In this document: piece by piece, positions 32,560 to 33,000 of the stretch | How positions within the stretch are numbered: the stretch's first letter is position 1 | Layout: each line of letters begins with the position of its first letter | Program-made: the position numbers and the translations under genes | DNA from: Dicyema japonicum | Lineage: Eukaryota; Animalia; Dicyemida | Reading direction: 5' to 3' | DNA: 33,000 nucleotides | Assembly: GCA_011109175.1 (NCBI GenBank) | Contig: RDEW01000052.1 | Span: 93,001-126,000, forward strand | The notes under the pieces: generated by a model | Seen by the model: only the letters and a program-made list of their open reading frames with translations | The model's database searches: none | What the model was told of the DNA's origin: nothing

Positions 32560-32900
32560 TAAAACTATCGGCACGGATGTGAAACATAGACCTGTAATAC
32601 CAGTCGTATGAGATCCTGAAATTTATCATCCAGAATGGTACCCAAAACTCAATTGGGAATAGCGTTGAGCCAGGTTCTATTTTCGGAAGACATCTCCGAC
32701 AACACCAGGCACGGCTATGTTGGTTAGATGACACTAGCAGATCTAAAAAGTATTTCGGTATCGTCCAGGCTCGGCTGAGAAAATATGGAAGGTAAAAAAA
32801 ACTGATAGGTACAGCTCAGGTTTCACAAGCATGACCGGCGTCTTGTCAGTAGAGAATTCAGGGAGGGAGTGTAGAATCCTCTTGACAAGGGTGCTACCAA
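32560..32900 (-). mobile_element. CRE-clade remnant, close relative of 23200-23390
   Basis: Shares the near-identical blocks atgttggttagatgacactagcagatct and gagggagtgtagaatcctcttgacaagggtg, plus WLNAIP..LGT.LD. Confidence 0.8.
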
Positions 32901-33000
32901 AATTATTATAATTGTGGTTTTGGGCCTCGATCCCCGATCACTAGGAATGAGATGAAGCATGTCCTCTTGAGAAAAAACAACTTCTATGCGAATCGCTGGA

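Noticed and set aside
1-33000. Prokaryotic or microsporidian origin of the whole window; rRNA or tRNA genes
   Set aside because: An intron-dense Eph receptor and JADE indicate a metazoan, and no rRNA or tRNA-like sequence was recognised.

Overview
AT-rich eukaryotic (metazoan) DNA, mostly fragmented and nested transposon relics with a few host genes in between. The host genes are hidden from the ORF track because they are cut by many ultra-short (about 21-27 nt) GT-AG introns. That architecture fits a reduced parasite such as a dicyemid mesozoan or a myxozoan; the taxon is an inference. I reconstructed by hand a full-length Eph receptor tyrosine kinase (15855-19255, 18 introns, one single-base frameshift), an intron-bearing decayed JADE/PHF17 copy (2390-4198), and an orphan 146-aa four-TM gene (8339-8845, minus strand). 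Two weaker gene candidates are also present. Mobile DNA includes RTE, I/Jockey-like, CRE and other RLE-type non-LTR retrotransposons, plus hAT, Tc1/IS630, MULE, Ginger/GIN-like and probable Merlin remnants. The highlights are: tiny introns with mostly GTT donors; an Eph lacking its canonical regulatory tyrosines; an in-frame MULE-Tc1 chimeric transposase ORF; and strong enrichment of the Myc/Max-type E-box CACGTGGT. All family calls come from motif recognition by eye, with no database search, and element boundaries are approximate.
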